The notes below the pieces were generated by a model. That model saw only the letters and a program-made list of their open reading frames with translations. It did not search any database and was not told the origin of the DNA. A DNA stretch of 64,000 bases from Bugula neritina (lineage: Eukaryota; Animalia; Bryozoa), in the NCBI GenBank assembly GCA_964035545.1, contig OZ037769.1, forward strand, positions 2,418,001 to 2,482,000, in the 5' to 3' direction. The position numbers and the translations under genes are program-made. This document shows positions 49,524 to 64,000 of this stretch, piece after piece; within the stretch, counting starts at the first letter, position 1, and every line of letters starts with the position of its first letter.

Positions 49524-52500
49524 CACACACGTGATGTGGAGCTATGAATGGGGAGAGTTATCAGAATCTAGAACAAAAAAGATAATTAGAAACTGATATA
49601 AATTGTAAAATAATGCGAGGAAAAGATGCAACAATTACAATTGACAATGTTTATTAAATTATATTTACACAAATAGTATTATAATTGCAACCAAAGTTAA
49701 AGTAGCATAATTGCTACCAAAGTTAAAGTAGCTACTAAAGCAAACCAACAGGCTGATGCTTTTTCAGTTATTTTTATAATTCATTTCATTATAACATTTA
49801 CAGTAATTACTATGGAGAAATTCAAATTTACAGTCCAATAATTTTTTACACATGATCCTATATTTATATTAATATAAGTGACAACTCAAATTACCAATGC
49901 GCTGCTAGTGTAACGTGTAACAGTAATGGCTAACGTAATTGCTGAAAGTAAATGCAAGTGCACAACATTAAAATCAATATAAATATCAATCTGATTACCA
50001 TCATGATTATAAAATAAAGAATTGATTTTTCTATGCCCTAAAAGTAAAAGTAAAGTCTAATAGCAATGCCTACGTTGTAAATACCTATTCTATAATCTAT
50101 AAGATGCAATGCAGTCGTAGCCATAATGATAACCACAAATGATTTTTACAAATATTTAATTTTATAATTCAAAAGAAAAATAAATAGTAAAACTAAATGT
50201 AATACCATTTTGATTTTCACTTGGGTGAAATTAAATTAACATCACTAACGACAAATACAACAACATGACACCGACAGTGATTATCATTATCTCAATCGAC
50301 ATCATTCATTCCCTCAATATACAATCATCAATGTTTAATTTATTGTGATTAAGTTTGACCTAACTTCAACTTGAACTCGACATTGCCGGGCATGTCAGTG
50401 TCGCTATCATTAACTTTCACTTTGACTTGAAGTTTTAGCTTAAGTTGAAAATAACAATAACAACGAGTATGCCACCGTGAAAGTGAATTGCGATGAATTT
50501 AAATCAATTTTATTTAACGTAATTTACAGGTACACAGCTTGATCTTTAATAGCTAACTAAAACAATGTAAGCATAATGATTAGTTACTGCACATGATGAT
50601 GATAGTAATAATGTTATCATAACGGTAACCTGAAGAAAAAGTGAAATAAATCAGATAAATGCCTATATTTGTGCCGTTACAAATTATAGTTGTGTTGCAT
50701 GAGTTTAAGTGTGCAGAACCACAGTTTACAAATAGCCGTGGCATATCTACCATCATGTTTGCTTCAAACTATTAGTAATAAACATATCAAAGGCTATAAT
50801 AAACTAACCTTTTTGTGAAGTTGTTCTTGCATTAAGATAGTGATGTTAGAAGAATGCAACTCCCAAGCAATTGTCTTGGTAATATATTTTTAATATGATT
50901 GTTCCTTTTAGGAGAAGATAACTTGGCAAACACCATTTAATATAGACATAGAATATTATTATTGCCAAATTTCAAAAGCATCATACATAAAAAGTCAATT
51001 AAAAGCTTTAGCAGCATGATATATTTTGCAATCATATTATGAATTATATTGCAATTTTAACTTTGATTAACTTTTATGTTTTAATTGAAGTGTTAGTCTG
51101 CATGCAATTTAATGAGTGTTTCAGATTTTAATAATAGCTAAAATAGCTATAGCGTTTAAACTAATAATTTTTATAGTTTTAATTGCAATATAAATTATGT
51201 GAAATAGAACTTATCGTATCTATATTCTATTAAACTCTTTGGTATCCCATTTTGCTGAAACACAATGATATAATAGCGTGTTATTTATACGCCCAGTAGC
51301 TTAGTACTTGTATCTTATAGGAAAATACAAGTGGCAGCCAATTTTTTAATTTTAAAGCACCAAAAGCTTCATTAACAGTTGTTGATTGTAAGCGATTGCA
51401 TTGTTAAGCATCAATCATTATAAGTTGAAAGTTTAAAAGTAATATTTTAATGTTACTAAAATTTCTGTTATAATTCAAGAAACTCATCAATTGCAGAAGA
51501 TCAGATCAGGCAAAGCAGATGATATCTTTATATTTTTGAAATGATAATTACTACATCCAAGTTAGGATAATAGTTACCTACTATGCAATTAGCTCAATTA
51601 TTCAATTTAAATTCATTAAATATATGTTTCTTCAACTAAATGCCATGGTAGACAATGTTATGTTTTGTCATAGCAGGCTTCTCAATACAATTGATATTAG
51701 TTGATATGAAGCTGTATAATATATAATTATCAAAACGGTTATAACATTTGGGAGATGAGTTAATTTTAATATGATACAGGTTTGGTAGAATAGCCTTTCA
51801 CTGTTACATGAATGTTTACCAATGGCCAAACTAAGTTACATTGAGCTACATTACTTTACCTTGCACTACAATAGTAGTGATTACACAGCACTACACAATA
51901 CAGCACTACACTAATATAGTACTTTGTGTCACTCTATAACTGTAGTACTATACAACTTCATTAGCATGCATTTCAGTTGATGTAACACTTCGCTATTCCA
52001 TCTACACTTCCTACATTGCGTCACACACAGTTTATATACTCCTGGTACTCAATCTTATTCTCTATTAGGGTAGCGTGTGTCTGCAGGGCGTAAAGATATT
52101 TTTTTATTCCAGGAATTTTTTGTTCAGATTTATACGCTTCACATATCCAATTTTATTAAATATTTGTACTAGCAAGATGGTATCTAACTTACAGTTGGGG
52201 TTTAATCCAACTCCCAAACAACTTGAACATCTTCTGTATTTATTTCTAAATTAAGTAAGAGACTTAAAGACAGCCAGCTGGTATGAAACTAACATATTAT
52301 AAGCCCAGTTAAATTCGGAGGTGTAATATAGGAATATTATGTTACATAACCCTAATCTGGTGAATCCATGGCTGCCCACATGGGTTCCATAGACGCCAGG
52401 TTCAAGTTTTCAGCCATCAGCCATGCAGCTGGTGGATATGGAACACCCTGAACTATTCTTATTTTCTAATTACGTGGTCAGCCAGAACAATATCAGGCAA

Positions 52501-55194
52501 TATTTTATTAGAAATCTTATTTTAAAAATTAATCCATCATTTTTGATAAGTTATTATGAGGCTATTAGCCAGCTGATTAGCCGTGGAACAATAAGATTAG
52601 TAATTCCTCTGCAGATCTACACCAATCAGAACACGGTTAGGGAAAAGCATGGTTTACCACCATAAACTGATTGTATTGTGTATTGTGAAGCCTCCAGTTG
52701 ATGATATCAATTATACATTTCCCATATCCCATGGAGCCACACCAATCTTACCAGACAATTGAAACAACCAGAATCAACAGTATTAGTAGCCAAACAAGGG
52801 TTTGCCTCTGCCTTACTCATAGCTAATTATTGTTTTATGTAATATATAGTTATTCAAATATGGCTGCTCAAGAAGGAAACAAAAGTATTTAAAACTTCCA
52901 GAACTGCCAAACTTGGCGAAGGGATAATCTCCATTTTGTACGGTATACAAGTTCTTGGTGGAACGCTACGTCTGTCACAGAGCCACTATTAAAAAAAGTG
53001 AATACAATAATCCATCTGACTAACATAGAATAATAAACACTGTCTCCGCGTTTTCAGCTCTTTCTCAACTTCTACTTTTTGTGTTGGGCAATATAAATCA
53101 TTACAGAAAATACATTCTTTTCAATAATCTTTCCTTCATTAAATCTCCAATATTTCCAATAATCTTGCTGCAGTATGACATAATTCATAACTTCAGGGTT
53201 TCAAAAGCCGTAGGCATTCTATTACTATGAAGAGTTCTATTGTGAGAGTATGGTATAAGTAGCAACATTACATAAGGTAGTAAGCTATTGTGTTACACAT
53301 TAATATATACTAGATGTGCGTTATATAATAATTATACTATAAACAAGTATCACTTTATAATACATATAATATAATATAAGTTATAATTTGTAATCTAGCA
53401 AAATATGATGCAATATTGTATAGCACACATTATATATTATAATCAAACATAATACAGTGCAAACAATATAAAATACAACATAATGTATTATAATTTGATT
53501 TAACCATAATATATTCAAAATACAACAGTAGGTTCTATATAATATATTAACAAACATAATACAAAGTACATGTTATATAATTTAATATACTATATATGAA
53601 TTATAATTCTGTTACAGAGTTTCCCTTAATCTGAATGGCCTACGTGAGGTTAACCAGAGGTGAAACAGGAAGCTAATGAGTAATGGTGCATCCTCCATTC
53701 TAATTGTTAAGAATATCAATAGTTTAGCTTCTAATTCCTACTTAATCATTTCCACCAAAATATTGCTTAATATAAAACTTGCAAAGCTTATAGAATAGAC
53801 TTTTAGTTACGGTGATTTATTTTAAAATGCAACATAATATAATTATAGCCAATGCAAATCTTAAATTATAAGAAATGTAAAGCAATATTATGTCAATAAG
53901 GGAAATATTTAGACTTGCATCGTTTCTTGGCTTCAACAAGACTTGACTGCAAAGAATTTTCCCGAAAGCTACTTTAAGCATAGCATAAGCCCAATTGTAG
54001 CCACAATTAGTTTCAGGGACATTGAATACAATTATTTCCTCGGTATCTGTAAGGAAAGGGGGGGGTATGCTGTTGATTCAAGGCTAAATGATAAACTGGC
54101 AGCTTGAAATTTAGTCTATATGCTACTTGGAACTAAGAAAGGCGTGTATTGGATTTGTCCTAGAATGGGTTTGCTAGGTTGAGGCGATCAACACTCTTCA
54201 TAACTCAATATCCATGCATCTTCCACCCATAATTAGAGGTTGCACAATATAAATTATCTATTGATTCCTTGTAGCTTCACAGATAATCCTTTCTAATCGT
54301 TACAATAATGTGAGATTGACACCAAATAACTGATTTGATATATTATGTTCACTCTATATGCAACCATATTTATTTCCTTTGGAAAGATTCTAATGGTGTA
54401 CAGTTTCTTATAGTGACTTAGTTTTAGGCGTTGTATTTTACATTTAAGCTCTGAATAAATGTATTATTTTACTAATGCATTGTTTTGCGTTTAGTTCTAA
54501 TATCATCAGTCAAAGCATTTTGCTTTCACAAATGCTTATTTTAAAATAGAGTTTCCCTTCTTTATTTCACTAAGCTACTGGTTCAGAACCTTAATAAGTC
54601 GTGACATAATAGAATACCAGATCTAGCTCGGGGATCAGTTAAATTCAGCTATTTTGTCCCTATACACACAGATGTAAGCCACAAAACAGGGGGGAGGGGG
54701 TCTAAGCTCTTTTCGTAACCAATGGAATTTCGAACAATCAATCATGCTTTATAACTAACAATCTAGTGAATATTTTTTGAAAAGAATATAGTGTTATCTT
54801 GACATTTAGCTCACATATTATGAATTGTTTTAATGCAAACAAGTATAACGTACTGACACTGCACAGTAAAAACAACTACCCACCAAATTGCCATTTGGTT
54901 TAAAGCAAATACCCAAATTTATCATTTTAATATAAGCTTTATAATAGCATACTAAACACATTGTATAATATGTTTTTATACATGAATATTATATAAAAGC
55001 CTATAATTTAGTAAAACCTATTTTCTTTTATATATTTTTGTTTAAAACCGTTGCAGCTGTGAATACAATTAAGATAATTATGTAAATCAACCAGGTTCCA
55101 GTAAGCGAAATAAATTCTTTTAAATTAAATTAAATATTGAATTATATTGTCAATAGCAGTTGAAGATGAAACCTCCACAATGCGCTGCTACAAG

Positions 55195-55760
<566 letters not shown>

Positions 55761-55778
55761 TTGAGTATTTCTCAAAGG

Positions 55779-56065
55779 GTGTGTGATTGAGTATTTCTCA
55801 AAGGTTAACAAAGCGATATTACAGTAAAAAGTGGCACCTGTTTAGTGTGACAGGCGTTATGACAGACATATGCTAAGCTAATGGCTTGAGGCAAACAAGG
55901 CACAAACCTTCCCTGTGTGTGTGTGTGTGTGTGTGTGATTGAGTATTTCTCAAAGGTTAACAAAGCGATATTACAGTAAAAAGTGGCACCTGTTTAGTGT
56001 GACAGGCGTTATGACAGACATATGCTAAGCTAATGGCTTGAGGCAAACAAGGCACAAACCTTCCC
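55779..56065 (+). repeat. Identical ~135-bp tandem duplication, each copy led by a TG run
   Basis: GTGTGTGATTGAGTATTTCTCAAAGG...CACAAACCTTCCC at 55779-55913 and again ending at 56065. A third 19-bp partial copy sits at 55760-55778. Confidence 0.95.
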
Positions 56066-58349
56066 AAACTAATGCAACTATAAAGAGCATCTATTCTTGG
56101 TGTTTCTTTATTTCTTATATTCAAGTTTTTTGGTTTAAACTGCATGTATTCTCAGAGCAGCTGCTCAATAATTCTTTCAGGGTTGTTGCAGCTAGAGATC
56201 AATGTAGTTAGATTGATATTGTAGACATCATTGAGCTATGCTCAGGCCCCAGCTGCCCTCTGCTCAGCTAGAATTCAAATAAACATAATGGCAATATTAT
56301 GTAATCTCATGACAAGCGAATAGATTAGTTCATGTCAAAGAGTTTGCCCCTGTTACAGAAACTATAAATTATTGTGCCATGAAGCCTCATCAAAGCGAAA
56401 TACCATAGCAATAAACTGATATCACTCAAATTTGCTCATCTCTTGCCAAAAAATTGTTTTCACAATATTTAAGTGTCAATTTATTTTGGAAACAATGAAT
56501 AATTACTGTATAATACTTGTATTTCTGTTCAATTTGCCGTTTTTTCTCCATTATCATATTATTTAAATTATTTGATGCATCTGTTACACAATGAATCACA
56601 CTCAAACAGCCCTACAGGAATGCTCTTGACAATGCATAGTTTCACAATTTGAGGAAATCTTTAAAAAGGAGACTTTACACACTTGGTAGATTTAGAGTAT
56701 TTGAAGAGCATTAAGCTTTGGCTCAAGCAGATTGTTTTGTGTTTATTGTTATTATTTATTCCTAGAGTGTAGTCTAGTAGTTGTCAATATATGAAGGGAA
56801 TGTACTGGTTTCCACCAGTGCTACTCTGTAGATTCGGCCATTTTGAAATACTGCAGAAATATCTTCCCTCCCTCACCATTTTAAAGTAATAAAAAGGGTC
56901 TTTAACCACGAATATGTGATTGGATATGTAAAAGTTCTCTGTGTTGTTTGTTTGTTTATATACTTTATCCTTTCTATGTGCTTTACTTATTTTTGTATGA
57001 AAAACAACACATTTGTTTGCTTGCTTGATAGTGAACTTAAAATGTTTTGTAACAGCTCCTAATTTACTGTTTCTTTACTATATATTTGGTCATTTTCACT
57101 GCTATTAAAGTAAAGATAAATGGTTGCTAATTATTTAATTTTGCTGATGAGAATCAATTTTAACGTCTGTAAAACAGATCGTCAGCACAACAAGGGTTTG
57201 AGTTCCGCTACCAAATGCAATGAAATTATTCATGATATTCCCAATAGGAGCTCCTAATAAGCTGGAGACTCATTGTGGTGGAAATATGTCTGTATTGGTA
57301 TGCAACCAATTGTTGTAGCTTTTTGGAGTACACTATACTAATCCATTATTATACTACTTACTAATACATAGCAAACTTAATGTCTTGCTTTATTACTACA
57401 TTACATCAAAAGCTATTCTTAGCTAGCAGTGCTGTTATAATAATTCAATGTTCCTAGCACAGCACAGGTCAGTGTGCTCAGATCAAGCAGCCTCAAAGGA
57501 AAATTTTTAACTTCCCTCTTTTAACTGAAGGCTTACTACATCAGCTACTACATTATACAAACCTGAAACAATGTCATTGCTCACTAAGTGAAGCAAGAAC
57601 GTAAGTATAAACTTACTTTTAAATTTTTCTTAGAACCATAATGTTTGCATATAATCGTAAAGACCAATGTCTTTAGCAACTTAAAATAAGCCACACCAAC
57701 TCTTACAGTTAAGTTAACCAGGTGAACAACAGAAAGAGACGTATAACTGAGCTTAGAAACAATTTCTGACTGAGAATTGTCTAACCTTTTCAGTTTTGGT
57801 TTATGGCTAGTCTAATTGTTGCAATTAGAGACCCGTGCTTTAAGCTAATATGGTGACACATTTCTAGCCTACCATCATTGTCACCATTGCAAAATGGCAT
57901 AATTTAACTGAATAACTTGTTTGTTCATATAGTTACACAATACTGAATCACATAATGGTAGCGCAAAGCCTTAATTTATGCCTTATTATGCCCTATTTTT
58001 GTGATAAACGAAGCTAATTGGTTTCAACACAATGAATTAAATATTCATCTAAGGATATTTTTAATATGATTCAACTAATCAGGACCTTTCAGTTTAAGCT
58101 AGAGATAAATCAACCTGACAAGCTGCAAATAATTTCATAATAGGATTTTGGCAAAAGAGTTGGGATGATGTACAGTAATTAAGTGTGACAACATGCTTTT
58201 CTACTTTGTGTGGAGTACATTAAAGCTAATTAAAAGGTGAGAAAGTTGAAGCTCAAAGGAAATTCAGTGATATTAACCTCAACCACAATGAGCAAGACTG
58301 AGCCATGACTCATCCTTCTACTACTAACTGGTGAAGAATTTAATTACGA

Positions 58350-58450
58350 TGTTTCTGCTTGTCCTCCTGTCTATCCTTCTGTTTATCCTTCTGTTTATTC
58401 TTCTGCTTATCCTTCTGCCTGTCCTTCTGCTTATCCCTTTGTTTGTCTTG
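58350..58450 (-). repeat. 12-bp degenerate repeat (GATAAGCAGAAG on the minus strand)
   Basis: About 8 copies; reads (DKQK)n on the minus strand. Confidence 0.8.
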
Positions 58451-61400
58451 TGCCCAACTGGATCTGCTTATGATTATTGCAGGGACTTTTTTCTTATCCT
58501 TTTGACTGCTGGGGATTGAAAAGTTTACCTAAAATGCATGTTACCAATCACAAAGCTGGGTTCTAATGCAGCAGCCAAAACATGATCTGTAGTCGAAGTT
58601 TTACCATTTCTAGTTTATCAACTTTACGATAACACTGATTACAGCTGATTACTACTTGGGTGCAATTTTTGACTTAAGATCAATAAAATTCTCAAATACT
58701 GGCATATAAAAAGTAGATCATTGGCAGCAATCAATCAATCAATCAATCCAATTTTACAGTATCAAGTCGTTTTTAAAATCACGTACTGGAGAGCTGTTAT
58801 CACACCAGCTGGATAAAACACCTTTCAAGTGTATGTATCCAATGTTCGGTAGTCGCGCCCTTCCACTTTGCGTTATATTTAGCAGCCATTGCACTCAAAA
58901 ACAATAATATTGTGTTTAATTTAACTGTTGGCTGCTATGATACAGCAAACTAGTTCATCCAAGATGTCTACTACCACGCCAGTGTGATGCATTGTGCCAG
59001 CAGTTTGGACAAGGGAACCTGTTTGAAAATGATCTAGCAAATAAAAAACTGTGAATTCTTTGCTTAGAATTATTCAAGTTTTTGCTAGAGTATTGTATAA
59101 ATTCAAAAATTATTTTCGTCACCGGAAAAGCCATCTAAACAATATTTTGAATTTTTTAGCTTTGATAGGGAACACTTTCACAATAGAATTAATTAATCAT
59201 TATACTGGTGAATATCATTCTGATTACTAGCAAGTGGCAGGAATAAATTAAATTAAATTGTAAACATTCTATAGAAAGTTTGACAGCTTTTCACACTCCA
59301 GAAAAAAAATCTAATTACATGCAAGTTTTTCATTTTGTTAATTAGATGAGATCCTATCAGGTAAGTAGCACCACTTACTGGGATGTTCAGTCAAACAATA
59401 TATTAATGGTACTCTGTTTCGTTCAATATGTTTATTTGCCAAAAAATATGTTTCATAACACAATGTTGTTGGCGTTAATAAAAGAGGTTTGAATTTTCGA
59501 GTGTTCAATCATAAAGAGTGATGATTTTATAATTTACATATCCCCCTGTAGTTTTGCCACCCTGTTTAGTTCTACTCTACAATAATAGGCAGTCAAGATT
59601 TTTACAGAAAAAACGTTAGTTAGAAGCGTGACGGAAATTGCTATTGAAAATGATCAACTTTAAAGACAAAATTGAAAGTTTGCTTCTTAATATACAATTA
59701 TGTGCTGTTGTAATGATTTATTGTGTTAAGCTATGCAGTTTATTACATCATAAACTAGTTCAGGCAATATTACAATTTTTGTTTATCTATATTTTTCTAG
59801 TGTTTGCATTGTTACAAAACAAACCAGATGTCACCCTGCAACCCATTTACTCAGACTATTTTATGCAGGTTATGGTGGGAAAAGTTTTAGGACTATTTCA
59901 CAAGCAACATTACCAATTGTTAAATGCAGTATGTAATAGTTTAACCATAATGTAATTAAACAACAAATACATAACAACTTCATCTGGTGTGACACATTAA
60001 ATACTTGATAATTTACAAATGATTGCTAATGGATGAACTATTATGATTTCAACTGGAGTTTCGCTGTTTTTCTGCTCATCTGTTCATAATTTTGGCACAG
60101 ACTCTTCAATTCTAAATTGTCTTGACAGCATCTGGTAACCTTGGCCATTAAAGATAATTTAGTGATAATGACTCTAATTTAACCTAGATTCCAGACTTTG
60201 GTTCCGACACATACAATGCAACATTAACATAGTTGGCTACTGCATAATAAAAGTCAGTTTACAAAAAGATATGAAACCTTTGATATGCCATTTAATGAGA
60301 AGAACTGGTGCACTTTGTATGGTGGAGGAAGTCACATGATGATCAGGTTCCACATCAGCCCGAGACCTTTAATGTAGTGCTGCGGTTATCTGCTTTGAAG
60401 GTGTAATACGCAGAATAGCCTATAAGGTCTTTCATTTTCCTAATAAATTTTGGTTTGGGGGCAGGTTAAAATTCTTGTAGGGACAAAGCTGTTTTTGCTG
60501 CAATCTGGAGCACGGGCTCCCCACCATTACTGTACCTCCAAAGGGTGGGGAGGGGTTTTTGCAGAAATATAGAAAACTTTAAAACTTCATCTTGCAACTT
60601 CAAGTAAAAATTTAGATTTGCTGTGAAAATTTGATTTTTATTGATAAAATTAAATTTTATGTGTCAGAAAAAAACATAATATATAGTTGCTTGTTTTAAC
60701 TAATTAGACACATCTATTGTAAAAATGTTATTTCTATATATACTTGAAAACTCAAAATAGCAAAGTTTGTTGAGAATAAAATTACTTGAAACCAGTAATT
60801 TGCTTGAATAAATATGTATTGCTTAAAACTTGTAAGATTTGGTCTTTTATTTTTTCAGCAAACCATGTTTTCTTTCAAAATTCAAAAGCTTTAGTTACGT
60901 ATGTTATGCAATTGTAGAAGTGTTTTGAATGCAGCTAAAAATGTAATAATAATTGTGTACAAACTTCGGATATGTTGTACTTTGAGTTCTAAAGACATGT
61001 CTGCAATCTTGTCAAAGTTTATATAATAATCTTATAATAGTTTCTGACCCTTCTATCTGCATACCTCATTGGCAGCATGTATATCTTTCCATGTGTATAC
61101 CCTAGGAGCAGTATGAAATACCTTTTTATCTGTATACCTCAATATAGCAGCATGCAATGTTAAGATTTTAACTTTGTGGAAGCTTCATCAATAATTATAC
61201 ATAGTTATTATATTTTCTTATAGATTTCCTACCATAAGATTGAAATAGTAAGATTCAACATGAAAAAAGGTTTGGTCTCTCATGTGTTGATCAGTGAACA
61301 TGCTAAATAGATGTAGGTCTACATATATTGATCATTTCTATGCTACACTCATTTATCATGGAGAATATATCTGTAACTTGCCAAGCTGTTTTAAAGCAGC

Positions 61401-64000
61401 CCCATGCACTTTCTACAATCTACATTATTCAGCATGTTGAGCAAAGTTTATACGAGCAATAGTTTATACTCAAACATAATATTGCCATGGTTTTAGTTTC
61501 AGACATAATGTGTTGGTTTTCAGACATATTCCAAAATGCAATCCTTATTGGTAAAACATAGCTCTCTGTCCCAAACATCAGTTTTATTTTGCTTAGGGTG
61601 GCCCTTCATTAATCCCAATAGGGTGTAAGGCTAAATAATTTACTGCAAGGTTCAATAAACGCCTCTACTCAACACTTCAATCTATTTTAAAACTGAAGCT
61701 ACAATATCTTTTCAACAGCCATCTGGCCATGCCTCTGGTTTCACTGGTGGTTTGTGGGAATGTAATATTAGGCAATTATATCCGCAGAGTAAATATTGTG
61801 TCTATCAATAAAATAACATCATAACAATCAATTTATAGTGATTATCGCTAAATAATGATGCCAAGCCAGGAATATAATGCCTTTCTCTGGTGTAGATAAG
61901 TTATTGAGATTGGAATAGTCTATTATAAGTTAATTATTATTACACAGCTTGCATAACTTAGCATCAGTTGCTGCCATTTTTTGCTTCTTTTTCATAAACA
62001 CTATCTTGTAATCGAAACTAATGTACATAACAATGGTGCTCAATGAACTGTTTGGTTGTTGATGATTTGAACAGTGTGTGAAACTGTTCTGGTTTATTTT
62101 TATCAATATTTTATATTAAGTATAAAAGCAGAAAGTGTTGCAAGTGTATATTGCAACAGAAGTAGTATTCCGTCTGAATAACACTATTTTTATAATGTTT
62201 TCGTTATTGTTTCAGATCATAGATTCTAGGGTGTAATAAATACAATATCGCAATAAGTTGTGAAGTTGACCAGTTTTACCCTCTTCAAGTGCTATTATAG
62301 TTGCAGCCCTAGCTGTGGTTCCAACAACTCTTGGAGTTGGATAGAACCTGAGCCAACAATCCAACTCTCAACATCTTTTGATTTCTGCTAGTTGTACTGG
62401 CTGCAATATAAACATGCTTTAATATGGATAAATTTTATGAAAAAAATTTAAAAGCTGAAAACTGCTTTATTATATATAGCAATAGAAAAGTTTAGTTTAA
62501 TAGCTGTAAGTGTTTTTTAACAAGCCACACATCCAATAATGCTTAATTAGATAATTTTCCGCAAATAAACGTAATACATTATATAAATTAATGTAATATA
62601 GTGTAATGCAGTTAATGCAATGCACAAAGATATGAGTCATAAATGGAAACTTTAGCTAAAGAGGCTTTTCTACCTCTGGCACTAAAAAACCGTGATATTG
62701 ACTCTCCATACTTCAACTCTGTTGAATAAATCTTTTTCTTAAAAATGACCAAAGCAGATATCTATTTTACAGAACTGTTTGCTTCTTTGATTTTAGATCT
62801 GCCAGGTGCTTTCAACTGCCAACATGGTGGTTTGCTAGATTTACCAACTAGTTAGCAATTACTAATCAAGTAGTTAGTGATGAAGTGCAGCTTGATTATC
62901 AAACCATTTATCAATATTTTGATTTATGATATCTATTATAGTCTGTGACATGACAGGCAGCAACTGGCTGTCAGCAGGTGCTCTACAGTCCCAAGTCATC
63001 ATCACTTCATTACGAATGTCATTATGTCAAATTTTATTGAGTGGTAAGCTGGAAAAGTAATGGTGAAGATTTTAAATATTTTATTAATTACGGTAATAAT
63101 TGATAGATTTGTTGACTAAATAAGGCTATTGTAAACGAGTTAGCGTGTGGTTTATTAAACAAAACACAATAGAAGGGTGGACAGCAAGCCTGCTCCGTAT
63201 TACTGTTTATTTCATTCTGTCACAATAGATCTTCTTTCACAAGTATTGCAAAAATAATACCAAGGAGATAAAGAGTGATTGATTTTGTTGGTTGAACTTT
63301 TGAATCTGTTACACTCAACTATTCTAATGATTATTAATAACACAGCTACCATTTATAAAAATATATTCATCTTGTTTTTCTATTAGTAAAACAGATGTTA
63401 ATTGAACACCAAAATCATGGATTAGTTATAATGATGCTAATGTTGTGCAATATATGACATTAATATGCAGATACTGCTTGTTATCCACAAGTTTAGTGGT
63501 ATAGCTAAGAAACCCTTGTGCTGTATATGTGAATACTAAACAGAAATTAAAATATATCATTGTATATTAATATAATATTAATTAGAGAATAATATGCTAT
63601 AACAACTCATATCAATATGTTCTGCAACTCTATTTTAAGTGTTTAGAACAGTATACATGCATAAATGAGTGAAAGTATAGCACTTGGAGATTCTGCAATT
63701 AGCATATTGTCTCCCTGTGTACTAACTACATGTACATGCATAAATTATTGAGCAGATATATAAAAAGATTATAATATGCATTGTAGGAGTTTTAATATTA
63801 CATTGTTAGCATCTATTTCTGTGAGTAATTGTAGTAAGAATTACACTAGAAAGTATTGTATAACAATATAAAACATTCAACGCTAAAATTGTAAAAGTAT
63901 CTTTAAGTCTGTTGATTTTAGCCACAGCATAGTAAGCAAGTTAGAAAGCAAGTTGAAGGTACATTGTGTCATGCGTACAGTGCAGGTGCGGTGTCAGAAC

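Overview
AT-rich, intron-rich eukaryotic genomic DNA, probably an invertebrate animal (lophotrochozoan-like is a guess from sequence style only). I reconstructed four conserved multi-exon genes by hand from splice signals and reading-frame phase: (1) the 5' part of KSR (kinase suppressor of Ras; minus strand, ATG 9036, CC-SAM and C1 domains, running off the left edge before the kinase domain); (2) RFC5 (plus strand, 10893-17509, 10 coding exons, one U12-type intron), head-to-head with KSR; (3) TSC2/tuberin (plus strand, 27176-45058, 33 coding exons, about 1690 aa); (4) TMEM161 (minus strand, 49523-46247), tail-to-tail with TSC2. There is also a candidate spliced microprotein gene (20510-20689), two copies of a tRNA-derived SINE, a ~564-bp (TG)n tract, and a gene-poor last ~14 kb. 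The most striking pattern is that many intronic minisatellites are locus-specific tandem amplifications of the exon/intron junction itself. The repeat unit contains the end of the exon plus the GT donor, or the AG acceptor plus the start of the exon, giving ladders of up to about 52 duplicate splice sites. Most long ORFs in the supplied track are artefacts of these repeats.
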